From Octopus vulgaris (Eukaryota), in the NCBI GenBank assembly GCA_951406725.2, contig OX597824.1:89156001-89220000 (forward strand): DNA of 64,000 nucleotides. Reading direction: 5' to 3'. Made by a program: the position numbers and the translations under genes. Shown here one piece after another: positions 15,186 through 27,414 of this stretch. Each line of letters starts with the position of its first letter. The stretch's first letter is position 1. A model generated the notes under the pieces. The model did no database searches, was not told the DNA's origin, and saw only the letters and a list, made by a program, of their open reading frames with translations.

Positions 15186-15875
15186 AGTCGTGTGGCGGGA
15201 AAGATATAGCTGTAGAGCAATATTACTCGTTGGAAGGAGACGTTGTTGTTGTTGGTGGTGGCGGTGGTGGCGGTGGTGGTGGTTGTGGCGGCGGCGCTTC
15301 CAGATGGTTACAAAAGCAACAGCAATGTGATAACGGCAAGAGATAACACTTAATATCTACTTAACATCTACGCATAGGAACCGTGGTAGAGAAAACACGT
15401 AACGCCGCCGCCGTCGTCATCATCATCGTCATCATCATCATCATCATCATCATCATCGTCAACAACAACAACAACAAAAACATTGTAATAACAACTAGAC
15501 TGTTAGAAGAACAAAAAGAACATTATTACAAGTGTGTGAACACCCAGAAAAAAAAATATCAATTTCAACAGCAGCAGCAACAGCAGCAGTAGTAGTAGCA
15601 GCAGTAGCAGCAGCTTAATTGCAGTTGAAACAACAACAAAACATTACCATAAAAAACAGAAAAGTAATCAACTTCAAGTCAGCGAGGGAGGGTTTACGTG
15701 GTCGCTTTGTCTGCTAGAAATAACAACCGAATCTCTCCGAATTTGATTGACTTAGGAGAAAGAAAGGTCGCATTAAAGAATGCAATTCTACGGAGCAGAA
15801 TAAAGAGGGAATTATCATTGGTAGAGATTCTTTTCATTATTATTATTATTATTTTTATTATCATCATCATCATCA

Positions 15876-15906
<31 letters not shown>

Positions 15907-15907
<1 letters not shown>

Positions 15908-16338
15908 GAATGAGAGAGCAGTGCATGCCATCAAAGTGACACTGGGGTAAAATATTCGAAGCCCAGTATACCCATCATGACTACCCGTCTGATAAAGGTA
16001 CACCAGGCACATGCATCACAACCATATGTGCGCGACATGGCGATCTCATATCAAGATAAGCAGCACATGACCTTGCAGGTGGGGCCCAGTTAGAAATTTC
16101 TTCAGGTTGAGTGGCCCATTCTGTTCAAAAGGTCCCTGAATAAGGGTTGCTTTAGGATGTTGAACGAAACACCTATGTTTCCAGAGGTGAACCATTCAAA
16201 CTCCAAAGAATCCCTCTCAACACATGGCCATGATGCTCCCCCACTACTTCTGCTCGTGATCAGAGATGCACATATCGTCAGCCACTAAGGGACATGCTCA
16301 ACTGGTTAAGGTCAAACAACTGACAAGCAAATCTGTGG
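15907..16338 (-). mobile_element. Probable non-LTR retrotransposon 3' UTR fragment ending in (AAT)n, embedded in ATT/CAT repeats (Dong/R4-like by inference)
   Basis: 430-bp complex sequence flanked on both sides by (ATT)n; no ORF; orientation inferred from the AAT tail. Confidence 0.5.
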
Positions 16339-16347
16339 CTATTATTA

Positions 16348-16390
<43 letters not shown>

Positions 16391-16464
16391 GATCATCATC
16401 ATCATCGTTATCATCATCATCATTATTATTTTTATTATTATCATCATCATCATCATCATCATCA

Positions 16465-16508
<44 letters not shown>

Positions 16509-16511
16509 TGT

Positions 16512-16620
16512 GGAGGCGCAATGGCCCAGTGGTTAGGGCAGCAGACTCGCGGTCAGAAGGATCGTGGTTTCAATTCCCAGACCGGCGTTGTGTGTGTTTA
16601 TTGAGCGAAAACACCTAAAG
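16512..16620 (+). mobile_element. SINE C, 5' head only
   Basis: ggaggcgcaatggcccagtggttagggcagc...ttgagcgaaaacacctaaag as at 58722. Confidence 0.9.
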
Positions 16621-16694
16621 GATATTTAATCATATCCTCCCCCACCCCGAAAGGATGAACGGCGTTTTCTGCTCATTTCTGGGTGACATTGCAC

Positions 16695-16800
16695 ACGCTG
16701 CGCGTCATCTCGTCCCAGTTCTTCTCCATTTGGAGATCTGGACTAAACCAGGCCGCTAGCAATTTAAACAGCCCGTCCTTCCAGCGCCACATAATACTGT
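16695..16800 (-). pseudogene. Possible Tc1/mariner transposase fragment
   Basis: Minus strand translates WFSPDLQMEKNWDEMTRSV, resembling the Tc1 WPxxSPDLNPIExxWxxL motif. Confidence 0.35.
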
Positions 16801-17011
16801 TGAGCAATATGGACCCGTCTCTCCAGTCGAGCTGCAGGCTTACAGTCATTTCTTGGTTGCTATTTGCTGTCCATTAGAACGTTGCAGATCACCTCGGTGT
16901 ACCTGATACCGGATACTATGACGATGACGTCATCGACTAGCAGGACTTGATATTCTCCCGTTCTATTACCAATTGCCAAGTCTGACCCAGTCAAGTCTGA
17001 CATTTAAAAGT

Positions 17012-18398
17012 TGTTGTGTGGGCGCCCCCAGACGATGAAGTAGGCTAGCCCAATACGTAGATATAGATGGAGAAGTCTAGACGTCGAGACAGAAGTAGAG
17101 TTAAGTTGAGTTGAGATCATCCGAGCATGCGACATAGAAGTGGCGACGAGGATGAGATTCGAACTCACGCGGGAATAACCCAATGGATTTATGGTATGAT
17201 TTGTTCCAGGTCCCAGAACCACAAGCAAAAGCAGAACCGATACGTAGGTCGAACAAGGAAGAGAAAACCTACAGAAATGATGGAAATTTACGCTAAGAGA
17301 AAAATATATGCCAGTTTCTCACCGAGGAAATAAAATTGATAAATTCGGGTTTAAAAAACTCAAAAGGGGGAAGTGTTGTGTGGACGCCCCCAGACGATGA
17401 AGTAGACTAGCCCAATATCTAGATATAGAGGGAGAAGTCTAGACGTCGAGAGTGAAGTTGAGTAGAGGTCATCCGAACATGCGACATAACAAAAGTAAAG
17501 TTCACAGAGCAGGTCGTCCAAACCAGGTGATTTATCCGCCTTGTGTCCGGTTTTTCGCAACGCCCCACCTCTCTTGTTGCGAAACGCAGCAGGCCATCGA
17601 GGTAAGCACTGACATTGAGGTAAGCACTGCGTTCCGGCCTGCCATTCTTCTTGAACAGTCAAGCAAAATGCTGCTGGAAAGTCGCATATATTTACTTGGG
17701 GCTGAGTAACGTGGCTCGTTGTGGTCAATCGAAACCGTGTTGTGGCTTTGTTGCCATGTCGTATGTCTGCAACTCGGACACATCGACCAGCTTTCGTCCT
17801 CACCTCATTCGATCACTCACCTTAGCTCTGACAACTTTGAGTTGAAGAATTGGTCGAAAGCGAATCTCACCGTGGACACATCTGTTGCGATGCTTTTCAT
17901 AAGTGACTCTTCTAAGGTTTCAACACAGTTTCCTTCTATTCTGGCTTTCTCTCTCGCTAAACTTTACTAAAGCCTTTCCCCGAACTCTTCGTTGTTGGTG
18001 ACTGCTCCGTAACCGCCTGCCTAACTGATTCACCAATCCGCTTTCGTTAAGCTTGGCACACCGGCGATAAAGCATTTAGTTTCCAGTAAGCGGGTCCCTG
18101 ACAACGAAGCATATATAAGTCAACCGTAAAGATCGCAAATATGTGGTCTATGCAGTCGAATACTATACATTGTTGACAATCAGTGCTTTCTTTATATACA
18201 GGCCCACAAAATACTGAAGACCAGGAGATACCAACTAATCCCATGCAGTACAAACGTGCATCCAAGATGACGTTCTAAATCGCTCGCTAACACTAAAGAG
18301 CGGAATGTTCCAGATACTCCTGACGCCTGATAAAATATAGTTACCTCACCTCGGCCGGGCGGAGACGGTCGCTACTCTAGTAGCGTTCAGGACTACCA
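17012..18398 (+). mobile_element. Internally deleted Gypsy-like LTR retrotransposon (5' LTR stub, pol tail, PPT, 3' LTR)
   Basis: Direct repeat starting TGTTGTG at 17012 and 17374 (~120 bp shared); polypurine tract aaaagggggaag (17362-17373) abuts the second copy; basic RKRKP-type tail upstream; right end at ...gactacCA is tentative. Confidence 0.65.
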
Positions 18399-18840
18399 AC
18401 TAAAACGTAAAGACAGACGAAATACCTATTTCTTTACTACCCACAAGGGGCTAAACACAGAGAGGACAAACAAGGACAGACAAACGGATTAAGTCGATTA
18501 CATCGACCCCAGTGCGTAACTGGTACTTATTTAATCGATCCCAAAAGGATGTAAGGCAAAATCGACCTCAGCGGAATTTGAACTCAGAACGTAGCGGCAG
18601 ACGAAATACCTATTTCTTTACTACCTACAAGGGGCTAAACACAGAGGGGACAAACAAAGACAGACAAAAGGATTAAGTCGATTATATCGACCCCAGTGCA
18701 TAACTGGTACTTATTTAATCGACCCCGAAAGGATGAAAGGCAAAGTCGACCTCGGCTGAATTTGAACTCAGAACGTAGCGGCAGACGAAATACTGCTAAG
18801 CATTTCGCCCGGCGTGCTAACGATTCTGCCAGCTCGCCGC
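18399..18840 (-). mobile_element. SINE B tandem array (head, 2 units, stub of a third)
   Basis: Junction cc at 18425-26 and 18609-10; period 184 bp. Confidence 0.95.
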
Positions 18841-19254
18841 TTTGGTAGTGGATATACTGTTGGTGGCGACGTTGTAAGAGCTGATGCTATCACTGGTGGT
18901 GGTCGTGTGAGGATGCGAATGACGGAGGTGGCGGCGAAGGTTCGGTTGTTGCAGGCGATAAGCCTGTTGGATGCGGATAGGGATAAGTGTTTTGATTGGG
19001 TGTATACACGCGTGTGGAATCAGCTGTACACTTCCAGGGGGAGGTGGATGGGGGTAGTAGCATATTTATGTGTATACTGACACGCGCACTTGTATGTGTG
19101 GTGTTAGAAAAAACAATGGATGACAATGTAATTGTATATACAAGCATGCATGCGTGTTAATATTTACTTAGGGTTGGGCGTAAGTAATGATATATATATA
19201 TATATGTGCGCGCGCGTGTATCAATATATACATACATATATATATATATATATA

Positions 19255-19470
19255 TAGTTAATCCAAACAAGAAAGCACAAAAAAAACACAACAACGCGAG
19301 GACGTGGAACAAATATAGTATTATTGGACGCTCAGGAAAAAAGGAAAGAAGGAGGGTTTAACGTTTCGAGCGGAGTTCTTCGTCGGAAACATAGGAGAAA
19401 GAAAGATCCAGAGAAGGGAAGACAGAGGAAAAAAAATCGCCAACGGTACACACGAGGACACATTTTGAAA
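19255..19470 (-). mobile_element. Penelope-type terminal repeat remnant with an HHR variant at 19356-19390
   Basis: Minus strand GTTT-CCGACGA-A-GAAC(TCC)GCTC-GAAACGTT-AAAC; flanked by TA repeats; shares ttcctgagcgt with 49875-50042. Confidence 0.65.
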
Positions 19471-19682
19471 TATATATATTTGTGTGTATGTGTGTGTGTG
19501 TGTGTATCTATATAAACATATATGTGTGTATATGTATGTATGTATATGTGTGTGTATATATACATATATGTATGTATAATATATATATATATATATATAT
19601 GTGTGTATGCTTGTGCGCGCGCGTGTGTATGAATATATACATATATATGTATGCATCTACAATATATAAACATATATGTATC

Positions 19683-19847
<165 letters not shown>

Positions 19848-19858
19848 ATGTGTATGCA

Positions 19859-19900
<42 letters not shown>

Positions 19901-20044
19901 ATTTGTGGGTGTGTGTGTGTGTTAGTGTGTGTATATATAATAAATATTAATTCTGATCAGTTTGAGTTAAAGCCTTCTCCATAATTACATGTGTGTGAAT
20001 GCGCATGTGTATCTATGTATATATGCATAGACACTCACACATGT

Positions 20045-20087
<43 letters not shown>

Positions 20088-20541
20088 CACACTCACATAT
20101 GTATGTGTGTATTAGAAAACTACGAAATAACAAGAGTTAGATGCCTCAAGCAGAATTTCTTTTTGTTAATGACTTTCTCGAAACGTCATAATTATTTCAT
20201 TTGCATTCTTAATTGATAAAACGTCTCGGCAGCTTCGAGCACAAAATATGCTTGTCGCTGTAGTGTACGTCACAGGAGGACAACTTTTCGTTTTTACGAG
20301 CTACAGTTTGTTCATCACACGCTGCTCATTGTCGCACGGGATTCTAGGATGCCGATGTTTCGACATGTTGGGACTCTTCAGCCTGAACCACCAGGATCTT
20401 TGAGCTTTAACCAAGCTACTAGATTTGCTTATACTTTCAGCGGACAAATTGTTTACTGATCGCTGCTTGTAGCTGTTAACCGACAAATTATCGTTATTTG
20501 CACCAACGTCTATAGCAAGACCAGAATATATATATGTGGAA

Positions 20542-21146
20542 GGCGGCGAGCTGACACAAACGTTAGCACGCTGGGCAAAATGCTTAGCGGTATTTCGTCT
20601 GCCGTTACGTTCTGAGTTCAAATTCCGCGCAGATCGACTTTGCCTTTCTTCCTTTCGGGGTCGATAAATTAAGTACCAGTTACGCACTGGAGTCGATATA
20701 ATCGACTTAATTCGTTTGTCTGTCTTTGTTTGTCCTCTCTATGTTTAGCTCCCTGTGGGTAGTAAAGAAATAGAAATAGGTATTTCGTCTGCCGTTACGT
20801 TCTGAGTTCAAATTCCGCCGAGGTCGACTTTGCCTTTCATCCTTTCGGGGTCGATTAAATAAGTACCAGTTACGCACTGGGGTCGATGTAATCGACTTAA
20901 TCCCTTTGCTTGTCCTTGTTTGTCCCCTCTGCGTTTAGCCCCTTGTGGGTAGTAAAGAAATAGGTATTTCGTCTGCCGTTACGTTCTGAGTTCAAATTCC
21001 GCCGAGGTCGAATTTGCCTTTCATCCTTTCGGAGTCGATTAAATAAGTACCAGTTACGCACTGGGGTCGATGTAATCGACTTAATCCGTTTGTCTGTCCT
21101 TGTTTGTCCCCTCAGTGTGTAGCCCTTTGTGAGCAATAGAGAAATA
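20542..21146 (+). mobile_element. SINE B trimer with 15-bp TSD (1 mismatch)
   Basis: GGTATTTCG at 20589, 20779 and 20963; TSD aatatatatatgtgg 20525-20539 / aatatatgtatgtgg 21147-21161. Confidence 0.95.
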
Positions 21147-21334
21147 AATATATGTATGTGGTGTGTGTGAGTGTGTGTAAGAAATAAATGAAGTTGAAAA
21201 TGCAGAGAGAGTATATATGAAGAATTATCAAAATTAATACACTTAAGCGATTTCCAATTTGCCTGATTTTCAAAAGAGTTTCTCACAAGAAACGTGCAAC
21301 ACAGCCGCACGTCTCTCAAAAATAAAACTTATAA

Positions 21335-21367
21335 GACGCCCGTCGTATATGTGTATGTGTGTTTGTA

Positions 21368-21419
<52 letters not shown>

Positions 21420-21447
21420 TGTTTGTCCCTCTACCACTGCTTGACAA
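21335..21447 (+). mobile_element. SINE A central fragment with expanded (TG)n
   Basis: gacgcccgtcgtatatg...(tg)n...gtttgtccctctaccactgcttgacaa. Confidence 0.75.
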
Positions 21448-21563
21448 ATGTGAAACCGTTTAGATGTATTTATTTTAAAATTTCAATAAATCATAAATAT
21501 TTTTACTTTCCATTCATTTCTTCTGTTCGACAATTTATATGGATTAGTAACGAAACACACATA

Positions 21564-21616
<53 letters not shown>

Positions 21617-23056
21617 TGTTATTAATTGTTATTAATCTCAGCTGTATCTCTCAAAAAAACAAAACCCCCAAAACCCCCCTTAGTTTTCAATAATATTTCT
21701 AGCTGCCATAGACTTCATCTTAGTATATAGAAAATCTCTCTTGAAAGACCAATGTTGTATAGTATAAGCAATAATTGCTGTATGTTCAGTAATAGCAGGA
21801 AGGCTAATAAACTATTCATTTTTTCCCAAATAAGCGCATAGAGCAGCTGGTAATGTTGCTAATTACATCAATTCAAGTGACTAACATTAAAACATTAAGA
21901 AACGGTTTTATATTTACAATAATGAAGCTACGTTGTCGCAGTGTTTTGCGTTTACAATCTATATAATAATCTGCTTGTTCGTTCGCTCATTATGCTTTAG
22001 TTAGTCAGAGACGTTGAGGTGAAGTGAGTGAGAGGTAGAGTAAGAATGAGAGAGAGGGAGGAATGTGGGTTGAGAAGAAAGAAGTGAGGAAGACGTACAG
22101 AAAGATGTCTAAAAGGCTAAATACGTTACGTGGTTAGTTAAAGGGAGAGGCGAAGAGCGAGGGGGGAAAACGGTGAGAGAAAAGAGGGAGAAGGAAGTGT
22201 TAACGACGTTCTGTAAGGTGGGGAGGGAAAGTTAAAAAGAAAGAGATATGTTTGGGATACAATATTTAGCAGAGGGTGATGTTCGGATGGTGAGATTAAA
22301 GAAAGGTAAATAGAGATGGACAGGGGAGGCAGTTACATTGAGAGAGAGAGAGAGAGGGGGGAGCAGAGGGTTGCATGTAGCATTTATATTATCAAAGTAG
22401 AGATACCTCGACAGAAAGAAAAAGTATATATAAACAATCAGCTGGGTTGAAATGAAATGAGCTTTGTTACTGATGATGGTGGTGTGTTGATAGTGAAAAT
22501 TATTTTTTTATTGAACTAAATCTATAATATTCTTCTTCTATCTGTTCGTTCACACTTTACGATTTAGCTTGCTAGAGAGGAGGAGGAGGAGGTGGGTTGA
22601 AAGAGAGAATGTGAGAGTGAATGAGAGAGCAGATAGCCAGCCGATGCATTATGCTGCCAATCACGTGGTTTGTGGAAGTGAGAAGTGAAGTGAAAGAGAG
22701 AAATGTTAAAGACATGAAGATGGGAATTACATGGTTAAAAAGTTTGTTGAAGAAGTAGAAAGAAAAATAAAATAAAGTGCTTAGAAGAAGGAAATTTGAG
22801 GAAGGATTTTGACTGGAAGTAAAATAATTTAGCAAAGCAAAAATGAAAATGCAGATCATTCTTATATAACTTTTCTCAATCTTTTTCTGTGAAATTTCCA
22901 TGGCTTCCACTCATACGACTTTATAAACTAAGAGACTATTCAACGCTACTTCGTCGGTCCTTCATTTCGCCTTCGTTCCCAATTTATTTTGGGTGTAGAG
23001 TTGTAATAATCGACAAGAACCTTATTTAAACGTCTTGTATAAAATTTATAAAACGC

Positions 23057-23420
23057 TTGGCTGCATGGATAAGGAGTTCACTTGGAAACCACGTGGTTTT
23101 GGGTGTAGCCCCAATGCGCATCTCTTTTGTGCAAGCGTCTTCTATAACCCCAAACCAACAAGGGCCTTGTGAGTGAATTTCATTGAGATAAACTGTGTGG
23201 AAAGCGTCGTATACGTATATGTCGCTGAGTGTATATGTCTGTGTTTGTTCTCCTCTCACAGCAGGTTTGTTTACAGCTCCGTAATTTGGCGGAGTGATAG
23301 AATAAGTACCAGGCTTTAAAAAAAATACCAAAGAACTAAGGTCGATTTGTTCGACTAAAACCCTTCAAAGCGGTATCACAACGTGGTCGTAGTCCAATGA
23401 CTGAAACAAGTAAAAGAAGA
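23057..23420 (+). mobile_element. SINE A, diverged full length
   Basis: Colinear with 47581; ends aatgactgaaacaagtaaaaga. Confidence 0.85.
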
Positions 23421-23439
23421 TTTAAGCATGCATTTACTC

Positions 23440-23844
23440 ATTCTCATTTACTCATTTACTTGTTTCAGTCATTTGACTGCGGCCATGCTGGAGCACCGCC
23501 TTTAGTCGAGCAACTCGACCCCGGGACTTATTCTATTTAAGCCCAGTACTTATTCTATCGGTCTCTTTTGCCGAACCGCGAAGTGACGGGGACATAAACA
23601 CACCAGCATCGGTTGTCAAGCAATGCTAGGGGGAAAAACACAGACACACAAACCAACACGCACACATACATATATATACATATATACGACGGGCTTCTTT
23701 CAGTTTCCGTCTACCAAATCCACTCACAAGGCTTTGGTCGGCCCGAGGCTATAGTAGAAGACACTTGCCCAAGGTGCCATGCAGTGGGACTGAACCCGGA
23801 ACCATGTGGTTGGTAAGCAAGCTACTTACCACACAGCCACTCCT
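23440..23844 (-). mobile_element. SINE A, young full length (tail-to-tail with the previous copy)
   Basis: Near-identical to 9538-9933. Confidence 0.95.
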
Positions 23845-24109
23845 AAATTTCTAACAACGGGTGTCGTTGTTTGTTTCACGCCTAAGCTTAATCGTTGATA
23901 AATTAAGTTCTACTGATACTTCTGGCTCCATATTTATTTCTGGTTGTGTTTGGCACGTGCTAAAATCTTAGATGAAAGCACTTAAACATCATGCGGTAGG
24001 GCCTGCGTCTATTGAGACGATGATCCATTGCATTCTCTGCACGCATTTCACAATTTCTTTAATGGAGGTCCGTTAATGAAGTCGTTATCATGTAGCGGTG
24101 TCCTTCCGT

Positions 24110-24742
24110 TAGTTCTTCCCAACCTCATGGTTACAGATTCAGTCCCACTGTATGGCACTTCGGAAAATGTCTTCTACTATAGCCCCAGGCTGATCAAAGC
24201 CTTGTGACTGGCTATGGACGCCGGAAACTTAAAGACGCCCGTCGAGGTCGACTAAATTCCGTCGAGGTCGACTAAAAACCGCCGAGGTCGACTTTGTCTT
24301 TCATCCTTTCGGGGTCGATAAATAAAGTACCAGTTATGCACTGGGGTCGATGTAATCGACTTAATACCTATGTCTGTCCTTGTTTGTCCCCTCTATGTTT
24401 AGCCCCTTGTGGGTAGTAAAAAGAAATACGTATATGTGTATGTGTGTTTGTGTGTGTGTGTGTGTGGTGTGCGTGGTGTGTGTGTTGTGTGTGTATGTGT
24501 GTGTGTGCGTGCGTGTGTGTGTGTTTCTTTGTGTCTGTGTTTGTCCCTCCACCACTGCTTGACAACCGGTGCTGGTGATTTTACGTTCACGTAACTTAGC
24601 GGTTCGGCAAAAGACATCGATAGAATAAGTAACAGAATTTAAAAAGTAAGTACTGGGGTCGATTCTTTCTACCAAAACAAATCGTTTAAGACGGTGCCCC
24701 AGCATGGCCGCAGTCTAATGACTGAAACAAGTAAAAAAAAAA
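24110..24742 (+). mobile_element. SINE A interrupted by a 5'-truncated SINE B (about 24241-24428)
   Basis: Host gacgcccgtcg|...|cgtatatg is split by a B body ending aagaaata. Confidence 0.9.
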
Positions 24743-25300
24743 ATAGAAGGGAAAAGATGATCTCCATACATTTCAGACATTTTTGCACCTTCAATTCAAG
24801 TTTGGTGAACTTAGGTCTCACCTTTTATTTGCTACATAAAATTAACAATTTTTTTTGGTTTTTCTCTGTGCTTAAGGACGGGATAATAATGGTAGACAGG
24901 TGGTGCTTAGGTCAATGGTTTCTTTACAGTTTTACCAATTCTTTCTATGGTAGTTTAAGGTTTGTTTCGGAAGTCTTTCATTAATATGATTGATATTTCA
25001 GCGGTTGGAAGGACAGCTGCTGTATGGGACAGCCATTTGTTGAAAAAATGATCGATACATGTTGACGGAGACATTTAGCCGCGAAATGGTTCCATTTTTG
25101 ACGGATTATCGACTTCGTCACCGTAATTCTTTAAGCGATTCGTTTTCGAGAATAGAAGAATGCTATCAGGATTTATTTTATAGCACTGGAATAAATCTGG
25201 ATATTGGAGAAAACACAAAAAGTAGTTATAGAAATGCTGACGTCGTCTTCGATGCGCTGAAAGACGTGTCTTCCCTTGATGTTAATGCTGCTGCTGCTAC

Positions 25301-25334
<34 letters not shown>

Positions 25335-25438
25335 GGTACTATGTCGGTATTCACAGAATCGAAATTGAACGAAGTTTTATTTTGGGGATTCAGTCTAAAT
25401 AGCGTTAACTAGTCGAATATAGAAGCAGCTCTTATAAT

Positions 25439-25626
25439 ACACACATACCTACACTCACATACATACATATACATACATACATATACATACATACATACAT
25501 ACACACGTACATACATACATATACACATACACACATACACACATACATACATACACACACATACACACATACATACATACATACACACATACATACATAC
25601 ACACATACATACACACACATACATAC

Positions 25627-25668
<42 letters not shown>

Positions 25669-25828
25669 ACACACATATACACACACACATACACACACAT
25701 ACACACACGCATACATACATACATACATACATACATACATACATACATACATACATACATACATAGACTTGTCACTTTGTTAACAACCGGCTTGAACTCT
25801 ATGAAGAACTTAAATAAAGAAACACAAA

Positions 25829-25883
<55 letters not shown>

Positions 25884-26438
25884 CAAATTATTGACCTAAG
25901 CTATATAAGATCGGTACAATTGGCGAGAAGACATATTCAGGCATATGAAACAGTCTACTAGTCTTCACGTCGGCTTATGAAGGCGCCATTGCATGTATGT
26001 ATGTATGTATGTATGTATGTATGTATGTATGTATGTATGTATGTATGTATGTATGTATGTATGTGAGTGTGTATGTATGTATGTATGTGTGTGTGTATGT
26101 ATGTGTGTATGTATGTATGTATGTATGTACGTACGTACGTACGTATGTATGTATTTGTGTATGTATGTATGTATCTATGTATTACGTGTGTATGTATGCA
26201 TGTATGTATGTATGTATTTGTGTATGTACGTGTGTATGTATGCATGCATGTATGTATTTGTGTATGTACGTGTATATGTATGCATGCATGTATGTATGTA
26301 TGTATGTATTTGTGTATGTATGTATGTATGTACGTGTGTATGTATGCATGCATGTATGTATTTGTGTATGTACGTGTATATGTATGCATGCATGTATGTA
26401 TGTATGTATGTATGTATTTGTGTATATATGTATGTATG

Positions 26439-26471
<33 letters not shown>

Positions 26472-26630
26472 GTGTACGTATATACATATGTATGTACGTA
26501 TATACGTACATATATATATGTATGTAGGTATATACGTATGTATATATGCATGTAGGTATGTACGTATGTATATATGCATGTATGTATGTACGTATGTATA
26601 TATGTTTGTATGTACTTACGTACGTACGTC
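25439..26630. repeat. (TACA)n/(CA)n and (TATG)n microsatellite blocks in opposite orientation around a ~110-bp unique spacer
   Basis: Direct reading. Confidence 0.9.
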
Positions 26631-26837
26631 ACTCTAAAGATGAAGGTCAGATCTATCCAATTACTATTTGCTTCCATTATTGATTGCATATTTTGGCGAA
26701 CTACATCTGACAACATTATGGAGTAACTCTGAGCCCCCAGAAACAGCTGTCGGACTTGTAACACCTTACTTCTATAACTCTACTTGAATATTCGTTGTCT
26801 GAAAATTTTTAATCTTTTCATTTCTCTATTTACATGT

Positions 26838-26908
<71 letters not shown>

Positions 26909-27065
26909 GTAGTTGAATGAATTATCTTATTAAGGATAATTCGAAAGATAACCGATACCTGGGTAGCAAATTCACATCAGAAAGAACACGGTTGAAGCTA
27001 CGTCCCTAGGGCATAGACTACGTGTCTTCGTGCGGAAATTTGTATGTTTATTTTAAAATTATAAG

Positions 27066-27261
27066 TATATGAAAGAATGGAGTTGAACGACTAGTTAACA
27101 AATATCCTTTATTCTCGACATATGTTTCGAAGGCTGCATATTCCTAATTCCGAAGGAATAAGGAGTACATTATGCAGATTTCTCGGAATTAGGAATATGC
27201 AGCCTTCGAAACATACGTCGAGAATAAAGGATATTTGTTAACTAGTCGTTCAACTCCATTC

Positions 27262-27270
<9 letters not shown>
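27066..27270. repeat. Long fold-back hairpin (~88-bp arms, 29-nt spacer) with an HHR 3'-half motif CGAAACATA(T/C)GTC and AATAAA; Penelope-type
   Basis: Arms 27066-27153 and 27183-27270 are reverse complements with about one mismatch. Confidence 0.9.
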
Positions 27271-27304
<34 letters not shown>

Positions 27305-27350
27305 ATACCAAAATCAAGCAGTTTTATTTCTTTATTTCTGTATTTATGTA

Positions 27351-27414
<64 letters not shown>

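Noticed and set aside
18420-18440. GACGAAATACCTATTTC at SINE B junctions as a hammerhead (retrozyme) core
   Set aside because: No CTGANGA-like core or stem II upstream on either strand; an HDV-like fold was also not convincing by eye.
20542-21146. SINE B arrays as a CRISPR array
   Set aside because: Units are contiguous 184-bp copies without unique spacers; eukaryotic context and no cas genes.
25059-25412. 117-aa plus-strand ORF
   Set aside because: No recognisable motif, poly-V comes from a GTT repeat, and there is no splice support.
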